Both the position numbers and the translations under genes were made by a program. Shown one piece after another: positions 62,551-64,000 of a stretch of 64,000 bases of DNA (its first letter is position 1; every line of letters begins with the position of its first letter). The notes under the pieces were generated by a model. It was not told where the DNA came from. It was given only the letters and a program-made list of their open reading frames with translations, and ran no database searches. The stretch is from Macrostomum lignano (Eukaryota): NCBI GenBank assembly GCA_002269645.1, contig NIVC01001231.1, positions 79,440 to 143,439 on the forward strand. The letters are read 5' to 3'.

Positions 62551-64000
62551 ATGACCACAGCTCACAGGCCGACATTCGACACCGCCCGCGGCGGGCAGGG
62601 CATGCGCGAGCGCGACCTGAGCGCCCAGTCCAAGCAGTACAGCTCGCGCGATCTGCCCAGCCACACCCGCCTGAAATACCGCCAAGACGGCCAGGGCACC
62701 GCCGAGGATGCCCGAGTCAGCAGCCGCGACTTCAAGCGCGACCTGGAGGACCGCGAGCGCCGACATCGCGGCGGCGGCGGCGGCAGCAGCGCCGATGAGC
62801 CATCGACCTCCTCTTCGTCGTCGAAGCGGGCCCGTCTGACCGACGGCTCCGCTGCGGCGCTGCCGGCCAACCTGGACGCCGACGACGCGGCCGTGGCCGC
62901 CGCCGACTTGGATTCGGACGCCGACTCCGCCGACGAAGGCGACGAGGACGAAGCGGCGCGAGTTGATGGCCGAGCTGGCCAAGATTCGGCGCGAGCGGGA
63001 GGCGGAGGCCGCGCGCAGGTGGGTCTTGAAGTGTCCGTGGGCATTGTCCTTGTAGACTCGGCTGGGATTTCCCTTCTAGAGTCAGCTGGGATTTCCCTTC
63101 TAGAGTCAGCTGGGATTTCCCTTCTAGAGTCAGCTGGGATTTCCCTTCTAGAGTCAGCTGGGATTTCCCTTCTAGAGTCAGCTGGGATTTCCCTTCTAGA
63201 GTCAGCTAGGATTTCCCTTGTAGAGTCAGCTGGGATTTCCCTTCTAGAGTCAGCTGGGATTTCACTTCTAGAGTCGGCTGGATTTCCCTTCTAGAGTCAG
63301 CTGGGATTTCCCTTCTAGAGTTGGCTGGGATTTCCCTTCTAGAGTCGGCTGGGATTTCCCTTCTAGAGTCAGCTAGGATTTCCCTTGTAGAGTCAGCTGG
63401 GATTTCCCTTGTAGAGTCAGCTGGGATTTCCCTTCTAGAGTCGGCTGGGATTTCCTTCTAGAGTCGGCTGGGATTTCCCTTGTAGAGTCAGCTGGGATTT
63501 TCCTTGTAGAATAAGCTGGGATTTCCCTTGTAGAGTCGGCTGGGATTTCCCTTGTAGAGTCAGCTGGGATTTCCCTTGTAGAATAAGCTGGGATTTCCCT
63601 TGTAGAGTCGGCTGGGATTTCCCTTGTAGAGTCAGCTGGGATTTCCCTTGTAGAATAAGCTGGAATTTCCCTTGTAGAGTCAGCTGGGATTTCCCTTGTA
63701 GAGTCAGCTGTTTCCCTTCTAGAGTCAGCTGGGATTTCCCTTCTAGAGTCAGCTGGATTTCCCTCTAGAGTCAGCTGGATTTCCCTTCTAGAGTCCCTTC
63801 ACCATTCTCCAGTCACTAATTCCCCCTTTCCCCTGCAGAGAGGCTGAGCGCAGGCAGATGAGGAGCGCATCCGCACGGAGAACATTCTCAAGGGCAACCC
63901 GCTGCTTAAAATCCAAGCAGGGCGCCTCGTCCAGCGGCTCGGGAGGCGGCGACTTCAAGTGAAGCGTCGCTGGAACGACGACGTCGTATTTAAAAACTGC
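62551..64000 (+). CDS. CWC15: Spliceosome-associated protein CWC15 (exons 62551-63018 and 63839 to window end; several 1-nt indels)
   Basis: [41 protein letters not shown]; [13 protein letters not shown]; [16 protein letters not shown]; [14 protein letters not shown]. Frame breaks at about 62957, 63857 and 63908-63958. Confidence 0.92.
63055..63795. repeat. 24-bp minisatellite in the CWC15 intron
   Basis: GAGTCAGCTGGGATTTCCCTTCTA. Confidence 0.95.

Overview
Eukaryotic (animal) genomic DNA with GC-rich exons, AT-rich intergenic DNA and introns filled with gene-specific minisatellites. The style, plus a phytochelatin synthase and a flatworm-type neuropeptide repeat, suggests a free-living flatworm such as Macrostomum (inference). 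Genes: LIG4 (3' end outside the window), RPS12, a divergent nAChR-like Cys-loop subunit, two C-type-lectin/PAN genes plus a deleted third copy, a probable neuropeptide precursor exon, phytochelatin synthase, a secreted PSI-like/class-3 lipase, a Tpt1-N-lobe/AMN1-like LRR gene, selenoprotein T (in-frame TGA and SECIS) and CWC15 (partial). Mobile DNA: an intact DD37D maT transposon nested in a MULE-like element, a Neptune-type Penelope element with a hammerhead ribozyme inside a (GA)n tract inside a hAT element, a 3.7-kb foldback element with 161-bp tandem arms around a PIF/Harbinger-ISL2EU-like transposase fragment, a Merlin remnant, LINE fragments, a tRNA-derived SINE and several MITEs. All exon boundaries and alignments were made by eye. 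Several genes show single-base indels that are probably assembly errors.
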